DNA from: an uncultured Thermus sp.
Lineage (GTDB): Bacteria; Deinococcota; Deinococci; Deinococcales; Thermaceae
Direction: 5' to 3'
Length of the DNA: 64,000 bases
NCBI GenBank assembly: GCA_947085095.1
Contig: CAMTVD010000006.1
Coordinates: 20,911-84,910, forward strand
Part shown: piece by piece, positions 8,286 through 17,022 of the stretch
How the letters are laid out: every line of letters begins with the position of its first letter
Position numbering within the stretch: position 1 is the stretch's first letter
The notes under the pieces: generated by a model
What the model was told of the DNA's origin: nothing
The model's database searches: none
Seen by the model: only the letters and a program-made list of their open reading frames with translations
Translations under genes and position numbers: made by a program

Positions 8286-9599
8286 CTAGCGGGCAAGGGG
8301 CAGGGCGGGGGAGGCCGCCTCCTTGACCCCCACCACCCCCAGCAGGGTGTACCCCTCCACCCCCCGCACCTGGGCCAGAACGGTCTCCCCGGGGAGGGCC
8401 TGGCCCTCGAGGCGGGCCTCGTAGTAGTCCGGGGTGTGGCCCAGGAGGAAGCCCCCCTGCCGCCTCTCCACCAGGACCTCTACCCGGCTTCCCAGCTTGG
8501 GCCGTATGCGCTCCTCCGCCAAGCGCTGGGCCAGGGCGATGAGCTCCTTGGTGCGGCGCTTCCTGACCTCTATGGGCACCTGGGGCATGGAGGCGGCCCT
8601 GGTCTTGGGCCTAGGGGTGTAGGTGAAGGCGTGGACCCGGGTGGGCCTGAGCTCCTCTAAGAAGGCCAGGGTCTCTCTGTGCTCCTCCTCGGTCTCCGTG
8701 GGCAGGCCGGCGATCACGTCGGTGGTGAGGGCGAAGCCGGGGATGAGCTCGTAGGCCCTCTCCACCAGGGCGCGGTAGTAGGCCTTGTCGTAGCGGCGGC
8801 CCATGAGCCTGAGGAGGCGGTCCGAGCCCGTCTGCAGGGAGAGGTGGAGGTGAGGGCGGACTTCGGGAGCGTAACGGGCCATGACCCTTAGGAGGTCCTC
8901 CCCCGTGTCCTCGGGTTCTATGGAGGAGAGGCGCACCTTGGCCCCCAAATGGTAGAGGTCCTCCACCAGGCCCGCCAGGCCCCTGGGGTGCCCCCGGTAG
9001 CTCCCCAGGCGCACCCCCGTGAGGACGATCTCCCGGATGCCCAGGCGCAGCAGGGCCTCGGCCTCGGCTAGGGCCTCCTTATGGTCCCGGTGCCTTTCCT
9101 TGCCCCTGAGCCTGGGGATGATGCAGTAGGCGCACCCCACCTGGCACCCGTCCTGCACCTTGAGGAAGGCCCGGACCCGGCTATTCAAAAACCCCCGTTC
9201 CCCCGCGCCCCAGAACTCGCTCGGAGGGGTGGTGATGGGGTCCGAGGGGAGGCCGAAGTGTTCCAGAATCACCTTGGGGAGCTCAGCCTTGCGGGCGTTG
9301 GGCACCACGGCATCCGCCCCCAGGGCCTTCACCTCCTCGGGGGCGAGCTCGGCAAAGCACCCCGTGACCACGAGGAAGGCCTCGGGGTTGTGCCGCCGGG
9401 CCCGGCGGATCTCCTTGCGGGTGTCCGCCTCCGCCGTGGTGGTGACGGCGCAGGTGTTGATGACCACCAGGTCCGCCCCCCCGGCCTCCACGGGCACCAC
9501 CTCCGGCTCCAAAGCCTTCAGGAAGCCCAGAAGGGCCTCGGTCTCCACCTGGTTCACCTTGCACCCCAGGGTGCGGAAGGCCGCACGCATCCTTCCCAT
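8286..9599 (-). CDS. mtaB: tRNA (t6A37) methylthiotransferase MtaB-type radical SAM enzyme
   Basis: UPF0004 N-terminal domain TLGCKVNQVETEAL, a radical SAM CxxxCxxC motif (CQVGCAYCIIP) and a C-terminal TRAM-like domain. The start is ATG at 9599 or 9590. Confidence 0.85.
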   Translation of the reverse strand: MGRMRAAFRTLGCKVNQVETEALLGFLKALEPEVVPVEAGGADLVVINTCAVTTTAEADTRKEIRRARRHNPEAFLVVTGCFAELAPEEVKALGADAVVPNARKAELPKVILEHFGLPSDPITTPPSEFWGAGERGFLNSRVRAFLKVQDGCQVGCAYCIIPRLRGKERHRDHKEALAEAEALLRLGIREIVLTGVRLGSYRGHPRGLAGLVEDLYHLGAKVRLSSIEPEDTGEDLLRVMARYAPEVRPHLHLSLQTGSDRLLRLMGRRYDKAYYRALVERAYELIPGFALTTDVIAGLPTETEEEHRETLAFLEELRPTRVHAFTYTPRPKTRAASMPQVPIEVRKRRTKELIALAQRLAEERIRPKLGSRVEVLVERRQGGFLLGHTPDYYEARLEGQALPGETVLAQVRGVEGYTLLGVVGVKEAASPALPLAR

Positions 9600-9652
9600 T
9601 CTGGTAGGCTTTGGGGGTTCCGTCAATGTGAGCCCCCCCACTTGCCGTGAAA

Positions 9653-9699
9653 GCCCAAGAAGTTGTAGTATCTAGGCCGCTAACCCCAAGATGTGGGGG
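9653..9699 (+). promoter_or_regulatory. Candidate tandem operator (NrdR-box-like) over the nrdJ promoter and 5' UTR
   Basis: CCCAAGAaGTtG (9654) and CCCAAGAtGTgG (9685) repeat exactly 31 bp apart. The second lies inside the partial palindrome CCCCA-AGATG-TGGGG. A possible -35 TTGCCG (9642) and -10 TAGTAT (9666) are nearby, and SD GGAGG is at 9705. Confidence 0.3.
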
Positions 9700-9713
9700 A
9701 ATAAGGAGGCATT

Positions 9714-12700
9714 ATGGAGCGCCATTTCTTTGACGAGCACGCCCAGGCCATCGCCAGAAGGCAGTATCTGCAACCCGGGGACGGGGATATTTTAGGTATG
9801 TTCCGGCGCGTGGCCCGCGAGATCGCCAGGCCCGAAAGGCCCGAGGAGCGGGCTTTTTGGGAGGAAAAGTTTTACGAGCTCATGGCCACCAAGCGCTTCT
9901 CCCCCGGTGGGCGCATCCTGGCGGGGGCGGGCACGGCCCACGGCAACCTCCTCAACTGCTTCGTCCAGGGGGCCACGGAAAACCCCCCGGAAAGCTTCGC
10001 CGGCATCATGGAGGTGGCCAAGAAGCTGGCCCTGGTCACCAAGGTGGGGGGCGGGAACGGGGTGAACCTGGACCCCTACCGCTCCAAGGGAAAGCGCAAG
10101 CGGCAAGAGGTGCGGGGGGTGGCCTACCTCTCGGCGGAGCACCAGGACCTCGAGGACTTCCTCCGCGGCCTCATGCGCCCCCCCACCAACCCCGAAGGGA
10201 AAAAGGAGGAGATCGCCCTCAAGAACTTCACCCGGGTGGTCTACGGGGAACTCTCGCCAGAGATGCGGGCCCTGGCGGAGCGCTACGGGGTCCTGGTGGT
10301 GAAGGAGCCCCCAGAGGAGCGCATCCTGGTGCCCGACGACATGGGGGGGATCGTGGAAGCGGCCAGAGAGGCCGCAGACCTGGCCCGCAAGGGCCTCACC
10401 GCCCACGTGGACTTCTCCCTCCTCAGGCCCGAAGGGGCCCCCATCCGGGGAAGCGGGGGGAGCTCATCCGGCCCCGTGAGCTTCCTCTTTGAGATCTTTG
10501 ACAACTTCCTGGAGTGGGCCGCCCTGGGGGCGGAAGAGGCGGGCCCGGTGGCCACCCTGCGCTACGTGTACGCTCCGGTGCTCCGGGTGGTGAGGCAGGG
10601 GGGATGTCTCCATCCGGACACCCTGGTGCACACCGACCGAGGCACCCTCCGCCTCCGGGAGCTTCTGGACCCCTTCCGCCTGGGGTGGCAACCCCACGCC
10701 CTTAGCGTGGCCACCGACGAGGGCTGGCGCCAAAGCCCCGAAGGGTACAACAACGGCATCGCCCAAACGCTCAAGGTTCGCCTAGAAAACGGCCTGGAGA
10801 TCCAGGGCACCCCCAACCACAAGCTCAAGGTCATCCGTCGGAACGGAGTCCGGGAGTGGGTGGAGCTTAAGGACCTGCAACCGGGGGACTGGGTGATCTG
10901 GCGTCTGGACGAGCACACGGGCACCCCGGTCCCCCTTTCCCCTCTTGAAGAACCTCTCCACCCCAACGCCAGGCCCATCCAAACGCCCCGGTACCTCAAC
11001 GAGGCCTTGGCCTTCCTCCTAGGCTACTTCTACGGGGAAGGCTTCGTTAGCGGGGATCGGCTGGGGTTCTCCGTCCACGAGGACGAGCCCCTGGGGGAGG
11101 AGGTCAGGCGTCTTTTCCAGGAGCTCTTCGGCCTGGAGCTGAGGGAAGAGCGCCGCCCTGGGGACAAAAGCGTGACCCTCGTGGTCCGAAGTGCCCCCCT
11201 GGTGGCTTGGTTACGCCAAAACGGGCTCCTCAAGGGAAAGGCCAGGGAGCTGGAGGTGCCGAGAGCCATTCGCCAGAGCCCTAGGCCTGTCCTGGGAGCC
11301 TTCCTCCGGGGGCTTTTTGAGGCGGACGGCACCATAACCTCCGGCTACCCGATGCTGACCACCGCCTCCAGACGCCTGGCCCAGGACGTGATGGTCCTCC
11401 TGGGGGGCTTGGGCATCCCCTCCAAGCTCCTCCGGTATAACCCCCTCCCCGGCCGCTTCTCCAAGGCCGAGCACTACCGGGTGCGGGTGGTCACCGCCAA
11501 GGGCCTGGAGCGCTATCTGGAACGGGTGGGGGTTCCCAAGGGGTCCCGCTTTGAAGCCCTTTACCACGCCAAACCGGACACCCGTAGGGAATCCGCCTGG
11601 CCCCTCCCCCATGTCCAAGGGCTCCTCCAGCCCCTTTTGGAACACACCGTCCCTGGCAAGAAGGGAGCCCCTTCCCGCCTCACGCCCCTGCGCAAGGACC
11701 TCCTCCGCTACCTCAGGGGGGAGCGCCAGCTCACCGCCACGGGGTACACCCTCCTCACGGAGAAGGCGGAAGGCGAAGGGCTTCGGGCCGCACCCTTTGA
11801 CTTCAGCGAGTACTACCTGCAGGTGGAAGGGGTGGAGGAGGGCGGTGAAATCCTCACCCTGGACCTCTCGGTGGAGGGCAACCACACCTATTTGGCCAAC
11901 GGCCTGGTAACCCACAACACCCGGAGAGGGGCGGGGATGGCCACCCTCTCCATTGACCACCCCGACCTCCTGGACTTCCTCACCGCCAAGGACCTAGACC
12001 GGGAGCGAGCCGAGGGGGATATCTCCACCTTCAACATCTCCGTCCTGGTCACCGAGGCCTTCATGGGCGCCCTGGAAAGGGACGAGCTCTGGCCCGTGAC
12101 CCCAGTTGAGGTCCCCGGGAAGTACTACCCCCACCCCCTGGAAGGCCCCTACACCGGGGATATCCCCAAGCTCAAAGAGAGGGAGGACGGGGCCAAGCCC
12201 ATCCCCCTCTACGGGGGCAAGGTGCCCGCCAAGTGGCTGTGGCACGAGATCGCCTGGCACGCCTGGGCCACGGGGGAGCCGGGCCTCATCTTCGTGGACC
12301 GCATCAACGAATTCTCCGCTTTGAAGGGGCTGGGGCCCCGCTACCAGATCCGCTCCACCAACCCCTGCTTCGTGGGCTCCACCCGCATCCCCACCGAGTT
12401 CGGCCTGGTGCCCATTGAGGAACTCGCCAAGAAGGGGGAAAGCTTCTTCCTGGTCACCGACCGCCGGGCCCCCTACGGCGGCCTGGGACTCCCCCAGGCC
12501 ACCCAGGGCACGGTGGTGCGCAAGGCGGCCCGGGCCTTTTACACCGGGGTCAAGCCCGTGGTGCACCTCGCCACCCGGGAGGGCCTGGAGCTCACCCTCA
12601 CCCCGGACCACCTCCTTCTGACCCCGGAGGGCTACCGGGAAGCGGGGAGCTTGAAGCCCGGGGACCGGATCCTGGTGCAAAGCGGCGAGGGGCTCTTCCC

Positions 12701-15155
12701 CAAGGAGGAGGCCCTGCCCGCCGCCGTCCTCGAGGTGGTCCAGGAGCGGGTGGCCACCGCAGGAGGTCGGGGAGGCCGAGGCCGCGCCGACGTCCGGGCC
12801 CAGTACAGCCACCTCCCCACCCGCTGGAGCCGGGAGCTCGGGGTGGCTTTGGGCTGGCTTTTGGGCGACGGGTACCTGCGGGAGGACGGCGTGGGCTTCT
12901 ACTTCTCCCGGCAGGACTTCGCCGCCCTTACCTGGCTTCCCGACCTTCTTCAGGACTGGTTTGGGGGCGGAAGCCTCCAGGAAACCCACTCCAACACCTA
13001 CCACCTCCACTTCAAGCGCATCCCGGCGGATTTCTTCCAGGCCCTGGGGGTCAAACTGGCCAAGGCCACGGAAAAGCGGGTGCCGGAAAGCCTCTTCCGC
13101 GCTCCGAGGGAAGCGGTGGTGGGCTTCCTTCAGGGGCTCTTCAGCGCCGACGGCTCGGTGCAGATCAACCCCAGCAAGCAGGACGCCACAGTGCGCCTGG
13201 CCTCCTCCAGCAAGGGCCTTCTGCAAGACGTCCAGCTCCTCCTCCTCAACCTGGGGATCTACGGCAGGATCCACAAGCGTCGGGAAGCGGGCCAGAAAAA
13301 CCTTCCCGACGGCAGGGGCGGGCTCAAGGCCTATCCCGTGGCCGCCCAGTACGAGCTCATCCTGGGCGCCGAGAACAGGGACCTTTTCGCCGAGATCGTG
13401 GGCTTCTTGCAGGAGGAGAAGCAGGCCAAACTCCTGGACTTCCTGCGGGATCGGCCTAAAGGGAGCTATCACAAGCCCTTCCTGGCCACCGTGGCCAGCG
13501 TGGAGCCCGTCGGCGAGGCCCCCGTTTACGACCTCACCGAACCTGTCACCCACAGCCTGGTGGCCAACGGCCTGGTGTGCCACAACTGCGGGGAAATTCC
13601 GCTCACCGTGGGTGAGCCCTGCGACCTGGGGGCCCTGAACCTGGCGGCCTACGTGAAGGACGGGGAGTTCCAGATGGAGGCCTTCCGCCAGGACGTGCGC
13701 ACCGCCATCCGCTTCCTGGACAACGTCCTGGACGTGAACCAGTTCGCCCTCAAGGACAACGAGGAGGCGGCCCAAAAGCTCCGCCGCTTGGGCCTGGGGG
13801 TGATGGGTCTGGCGGACGCCCTCATCAAGATGGGCCTCCCCTACGCCTCGGAAGAGGCCCGCAAAAAGGTCTACGAGATCATCTCCGCCATGCGGGAGGA
13901 GGCCATCAAGGCCTCGGAGGCCCTGGCCGAGGAGAGGGGCACCTTCCCCCTCTACGAGGAGCACCGGGACTACTTCCAGGCCCTGGGGATCCAGCCTAGG
14001 CGCAACGTGGCCCTCCTCACCGTGGCCCCCACGGGGACCACCAGCATGCTCATGGGGGTGTCCTCGGGGATTGAGCCCGTCTTCAGCCCCTTTGTCTGGC
14101 GGCGCATCGGCTCGGAGTACAAGCCCCTCCTCCATCCCCTCTTCGTGGAGCTCATGGAGGCCTACCCCCCGGCTTCGGGCTACGCCAAAGGCGGAAAGTG
14201 GGACTGGGAAAAGATCGTGGAGGAGATCCAGAAGGACGGGCACGGCTCCGTGCAGAACCTCCCCTTCGTCCCCGAGCCCATCCGGAAGGTCTTCCAGTGC
14301 GCCCACGACATCCCACCCCTGGACCACGTGCGCATGCAGGGGGTGGTGCAGCGGGCCTTTGACGCCGAGGGGTACGCGGCCAACAGCATCTCCAAAACCA
14401 TCAACCTGCCCAACCACGCCTCGGTGGAGGACGTGGAGGAGGCCTACTCCGAGGCCTACCGCACGGGGTGCAAGGGGATCACCGTCTACCGGGACGGCTC
14501 CCGGGAGTTCCAGGTGCTTACGGTGAAGAAGACCGCGGAAAAAGAAGCGAAGGACGAGGCGGTTTTGGTGAAGGAGATGGAAGAAGAGGCCTCCCCGTCC
14601 ACCTCCAACCCCCACGTCCCCGCCTACACCCGCCCGGGCCGCCTCATGGGCTTCACGGACATGGTCAAGCTCCTCACCCCGGAAGGGACCAAGCGGAGCT
14701 TCTTGGTGACGGTGAACGTCCTGAACGGGCACCCCGTGGAGGTCATCCTCACCTCGGGCAAGGCGGGGGATGAGGCCAACGCCGACTCCGAGGCCCTGGG
14801 CCGGGTGGTCTCCATCGCCCTGCAGTACGGGGTGCCCCCGGAGGCCCTGGTGCGCACCCTGAGGGGCATCAACGGGGGGCTTTACGGCACCTACCAGGGA
14901 AGGCTCGTTTCCAGCAAGGCGGACCTGATCGCCGTGGCCCTGGAGACCATCCCGGCGGAGCTCAAGGGCCCGGGGTCCAGGGTGGAGGCCCAGGGGGAGG
15001 CCGAAACCGCCCTTCCCACCCTCTCTGGGGGCGGGATCGGTCCCCTGCCTCTAGTTCCCGGTGCCAGCTCTTGCCCCGTTTGTGGGGAGAAGGCCCTGGT
15101 GCGGGAGGAAGGGTGCTGGAAGTGCCAGGTGTGCGGCTACAGCAAGTGCGGGTAA
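9714..15155 (+). CDS. nrdJ: Class II (adenosylcobalamin-dependent) ribonucleotide reductase precursor containing two inteins
   Basis: Extein motifs LLNCFV, GG|(T)RRGA...HPD, TNP|CGE, and a C-terminal CxxC...CxxC zinc ribbon (CPVCGEK...CWKCQVCG). The precursor is 1813 aa. The spliced product is predicted to be 968 aa. Confidence 0.95.
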   Translation: MERHFFDEHAQAIARRQYLQPGDGDILGMFRRVAREIARPERPEERAFWEEKFYELMATKRFSPGGRILAGAGTAHGNLLNCFVQGATENPPESFAGIMEVAKKLALVTKVGGGNGVNLDPYRSKGKRKRQEVRGVAYLSAEHQDLEDFLRGLMRPPTNPEGKKEEIALKNFTRVVYGELSPEMRALAERYGVLVVKEPPEERILVPDDMGGIVEAAREAADLARKGLTAHVDFSLLRPEGAPIRGSGGSSSGPVSFLFEIFDNFLEWAALGAEEAGPVATLRYVYAPVLRVVRQGGCLHPDTLVHTDRGTLRLRELLDPFRLGWQPHALSVATDEGWRQSPEGYNNGIAQTLKVRLENGLEIQGTPNHKLKVIRRNGVREWVELKDLQPGDWVIWRLDEHTGTPVPLSPLEEPLHPNARPIQTPRYLNEALAFLLGYFYGEGFVSGDRLGFSVHEDEPLGEEVRRLFQELFGLELREERRPGDKSVTLVVRSAPLVAWLRQNGLLKGKARELEVPRAIRQSPRPVLGAFLRGLFEADGTITSGYPMLTTASRRLAQDVMVLLGGLGIPSKLLRYNPLPGRFSKAEHYRVRVVTAKGLERYLERVGVPKGSRFEALYHAKPDTRRESAWPLPHVQGLLQPLLEHTVPGKKGAPSRLTPLRKDLLRYLRGERQLTATGYTLLTEKAEGEGLRAAPFDFSEYYLQVEGVEEGGEILTLDLSVEGNHTYLANGLVTHNTRRGAGMATLSIDHPDLLDFLTAKDLDRERAEGDISTFNISVLVTEAFMGALERDELWPVTPVEVPGKYYPHPLEGPYTGDIPKLKEREDGAKPIPLYGGKVPAKWLWHEIAWHAWATGEPGLIFVDRINEFSALKGLGPRYQIRSTNPCFVGSTRIPTEFGLVPIEELAKKGESFFLVTDRRAPYGGLGLPQATQGTVVRKAARAFYTGVKPVVHLATREGLELTLTPDHLLLTPEGYREAGSLKPGDRILVQSGEGLFPKEEALPAAVLEVVQERVATAGGRGGRGRADVRAQYSHLPTRWSRELGVALGWLLGDGYLREDGVGFYFSRQDFAALTWLPDLLQDWFGGGSLQETHSNTYHLHFKRIPADFFQALGVKLAKATEKRVPESLFRAPREAVVGFLQGLFSADGSVQINPSKQDATVRLASSSKGLLQDVQLLLLNLGIYGRIHKRREAGQKNLPDGRGGLKAYPVAAQYELILGAENRDLFAEIVGFLQEEKQAKLLDFLRDRPKGSYHKPFLATVASVEPVGEAPVYDLTEPVTHSLVANGLVCHNCGEIPLTVGEPCDLGALNLAAYVKDGEFQMEAFRQDVRTAIRFLDNVLDVNQFALKDNEEAAQKLRRLGLGVMGLADALIKMGLPYASEEARKKVYEIISAMREEAIKASEALAEERGTFPLYEEHRDYFQALGIQPRRNVALLTVAPTGTTSMLMGVSSGIEPVFSPFVWRRIGSEYKPLLHPLFVELMEAYPPASGYAKGGKWDWEKIVEEIQKDGHGSVQNLPFVPEPIRKVFQCAHDIPPLDHVRMQGVVQRAFDAEGYAANSISKTINLPNHASVEDVEEAYSEAYRTGCKGITVYRDGSREFQVLTVKKTAEKEAKDEAVLVKEMEEEASPSTSNPHVPAYTRPGRLMGFTDMVKLLTPEGTKRSFLVTVNVLNGHPVEVILTSGKAGDEANADSEALGRVVSIALQYGVPPEALVRTLRGINGGLYGTYQGRLVSSKADLIAVALETIPAELKGPGSRVEAQGEAETALPTLSGGGIGPLPLVPGASSCPVCGEKALVREEGCWKCQVCGYSKCG
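10605..11918 (+). mobile_element. Intein 1 (438 aa) with LAGLIDADG homing endonuclease domain
   Basis: Starts CLHPDTLV and has block B GTPNH. LAGLIDADG-like motifs are LLGYFYGEGF and FLRGLFEADGT. It ends LANGLVTHN, followed by a +1 Thr. Confidence 0.9.
12366..13586 (+). mobile_element. Intein 2 (407 aa) with LAGLIDADG homing endonuclease domain
   Basis: Starts CFVGSTRI and has block B TPDH. LAGLIDADG-like motifs are LGWLLGDGYL and FLQGLFSADGS. It ends VANGLVCHN, followed by a +1 Cys belonging to CGEIPL. Confidence 0.9.
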
Positions 15156-15745
15156 AGATCTGCGGCCTGACCCGCCTCGAGGACGCCCTCCTCGCCGAGT
15201 CCTTGGGGGCCTGGGCCCTGGGCTTCGTTCTGGCCCCGGGCTCCAAGAGGCGGGTCTCCGCCGCAAGGGCCCGGGAAATCGCCAAAGCCCTGGGGCCCTT
15301 CGTGGTGCGGGTGGGGGTCTTCCGGGACCAAGGCCCCGAGGAGGTCCTCCGCCTCATGGAGGAGGGCCGCCTCCAGGTGGCCCAGCTCCACGGGCGCGAG
15401 CCCCCGGAGTGGGCGGAGCGGGTGGGCCTGTTCTTCCCCGTCATCAAGGCCTTCGCCCTGGAAGGCCCCGCAAAGCCCGAGTGGGCGGACTATCCGGCCA
15501 GCGCCCTCCTCCTGGACAGCCAGAATCCGGGAAGCGGCCAGGGCTACCCCAGGGAGTGGGCCACGCCCCTCCTCCAGACCGGCAAACGGGTCATCCTGGC
15601 GGGAGGGATTGGGCCGGAAAACCTGGAGGAGGTCCTGGCCCTGAGGCCCTACGCCATAGACCTGGCCAGCAGCGTGGAGGAGGCCCCGGGAATCAAGAGC
15701 GAGGCCAAGCTGAAGACCCTCTTCGCCCGTATGATGGGAGGGTGA
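15146..15745 (+). CDS. trpF: Phosphoribosylanthranilate isomerase
   Basis: Motifs VKICGLT, VQLHG, LLDS..GSG and ILAGGI. The GTG start at 15146 overlaps the end of nrdJ by 10 nt. An alternative GTG is at 15131. Confidence 0.85.
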   Translation: MRVKICGLTRLEDALLAESLGAWALGFVLAPGSKRRVSAARAREIAKALGPFVVRVGVFRDQGPEEVLRLMEEGRLQVAQLHGREPPEWAERVGLFFPVIKAFALEGPAKPEWADYPASALLLDSQNPGSGQGYPREWATPLLQTGKRVILAGGIGPENLEEVLALRPYAIDLASSVEEAPGIKSEAKLKTLFARMMGG

Positions 15746-16533
15746 TCGGCAGGAGGCACCCCTTTCTTCCCCACCTTTGGGCCATGCTGGAGGCGGCCCA
15801 CCTGGCCCGGGGCATCCACCTCTACTACCTGGAAAAGGGCTTCACCCAGGGCACTAAGTCGGGCCCCACGGACCTGGTGACCCAGGCGGACCGGGAGTCG
15901 GAGGAGGCCATCAAGGAGCTTCTCTTAAGCCGCTTCCCCGAGGCGGGCTTCCTGGGCGAGGAAGGGGGAAGTGAGGGGGGCAGGGCCCTCCGCTTCATCG
16001 TGGACCCCCTGGACGGCACGGTGAACTACGCCCACGGCTTCCCCTTCTACGGGGTCTCCATCGCCCTCGAGGCCGAGGGGGTCATCCAGGCGGGGGTGGT
16101 CATGGACACCGCCCGGGGGGAGACCTTCTACGCCCTGAGGGGCGAGGGGGCCTACCTGGACGGCAGGCCCATCCGGGTCACGGAAAGGGCCGAGCTTTTG
16201 GGAAGCCTGCTGGCCACGGGCTTCCCTTACGATGTGGCCAGGGATGCGGAGAACCTCACCTACTTCACCCGGGCCCTGAGGCGGGGGCTTTTGGTGCGCC
16301 GCCCCGGGGCCGCCGCCCTGGACCTGGCCTACGTGGCCGCGGGCCGGCTGGAGGGCTTCTGGGAGGTGAAGCCGAACCCCTGGGACGTGGCCGCGGGCTG
16401 GCTATTGGTGGAGGAGGCGGGGGGAAGGGTCACGGACCTCGAGGGGAAGCCCTACCGCCTGGGCCACCGCTACATCGTGGCCAGCAACGGCAGGGTGCAC
16501 CAGGCCCTTCTGGAGGCCCTGCTCTCTGACTAA
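15742..16533 (+). CDS. Inositol monophosphatase family protein (SuhB-like)
   Basis: Motifs FLGEEGG, DPLDGTVNYAHG and WDVAAG. The start is either the GTG at 15742 (GTGA overlap with the trpF stop) or the ATG at 15784. Confidence 0.85.
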   Translation: MIGRRHPFLPHLWAMLEAAHLARGIHLYYLEKGFTQGTKSGPTDLVTQADRESEEAIKELLLSRFPEAGFLGEEGGSEGGRALRFIVDPLDGTVNYAHGFPFYGVSIALEAEGVIQAGVVMDTARGETFYALRGEGAYLDGRPIRVTERAELLGSLLATGFPYDVARDAENLTYFTRALRRGLLVRRPGAAALDLAYVAAGRLEGFWEVKPNPWDVAAGWLLVEEAGGRVTDLEGKPYRLGHRYIVASNGRVHQALLEALLSD

Positions 16534-16542
16534 AATCGGGGT

Positions 16543-17022
16543 ATGGACCTCGAGGCCAAGAAGAAAGTCCTGCGGAGCTTCACCTACGGGCTCTACCTCC
16601 TCACGGCGAGGGACGGCGAGGAGGTGGCCGCCGGGACGGTGAACTGGGTGACCCAGGCCTCCTTCCAGCCCCCCCTCATCGCCCTGGGGGTCAAGGGGGA
16701 TAGCCGCCTCCACGTCCTCATAGAGGGCACGGGGAGGCTCGCCCTCATGACCCTGGCCCAGGACCAGAAGGGGATCGCCCAGGACTTCTTCAAGCCCACG
16801 ATACGGGAAGGGGACCGGCTCAACGGCCACCCCTTTGAGCCCTCCCCCACCTTCGGCCTCCCCCTCCTCACGGAACTCCCCTACTGGCTGGAGGCCGAGG
16901 TGCGCCACCTCTACAAGGGCGGGGATCACAGCCTGGTGGTGGCCCAGGTGGTGGAGGCCGGGGTGCGCTACGAGGCCAAGCCCCTGGTGATGTGGGACAC
17001 GGGCTGGTTCTACGGAGGCTAG
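16543..17022 (+). CDS. Flavin reductase domain protein (FMN-binding split barrel, HpaC-like)
   Basis: Motifs FTYGLYLLTA, AGTVNWVTQASFQPPLIALGV and GDHSLVVAQVV. Confidence 0.8.
   Translation: MDLEAKKKVLRSFTYGLYLLTARDGEEVAAGTVNWVTQASFQPPLIALGVKGDSRLHVLIEGTGRLALMTLAQDQKGIAQDFFKPTIREGDRLNGHPFEPSPTFGLPLLTELPYWLEAEVRHLYKGGDHSLVVAQVVEAGVRYEAKPLVMWDTGWFYGG

Noticed and set aside
9642-9713. Cobalamin riboswitch upstream of the B12-dependent nrdJ
   Set aside because: The 5' region is only about 70 nt, far too short for a cobalamin riboswitch. I could not see a B12-box-like element.
11994-14732. 912-aa ORF antisense to nrdJ
   Set aside because: It is entirely antisense to a confidently identified RNR gene with inteins. 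The composition is low-complexity and rich in Gly, Pro, Leu, Val, Glu and His, as expected from reading a high-GC3 gene on the opposite strand. I recognise no motifs.
15061-15783. N-terminal 240 aa of the 490-aa track ORF (15061-16533)
   Set aside because: This part is Pro/Gly/Arg-rich junk that overlaps trpF in another frame. Recognisable IMPase sequence only begins near 15742-15784, so the gene was trimmed.
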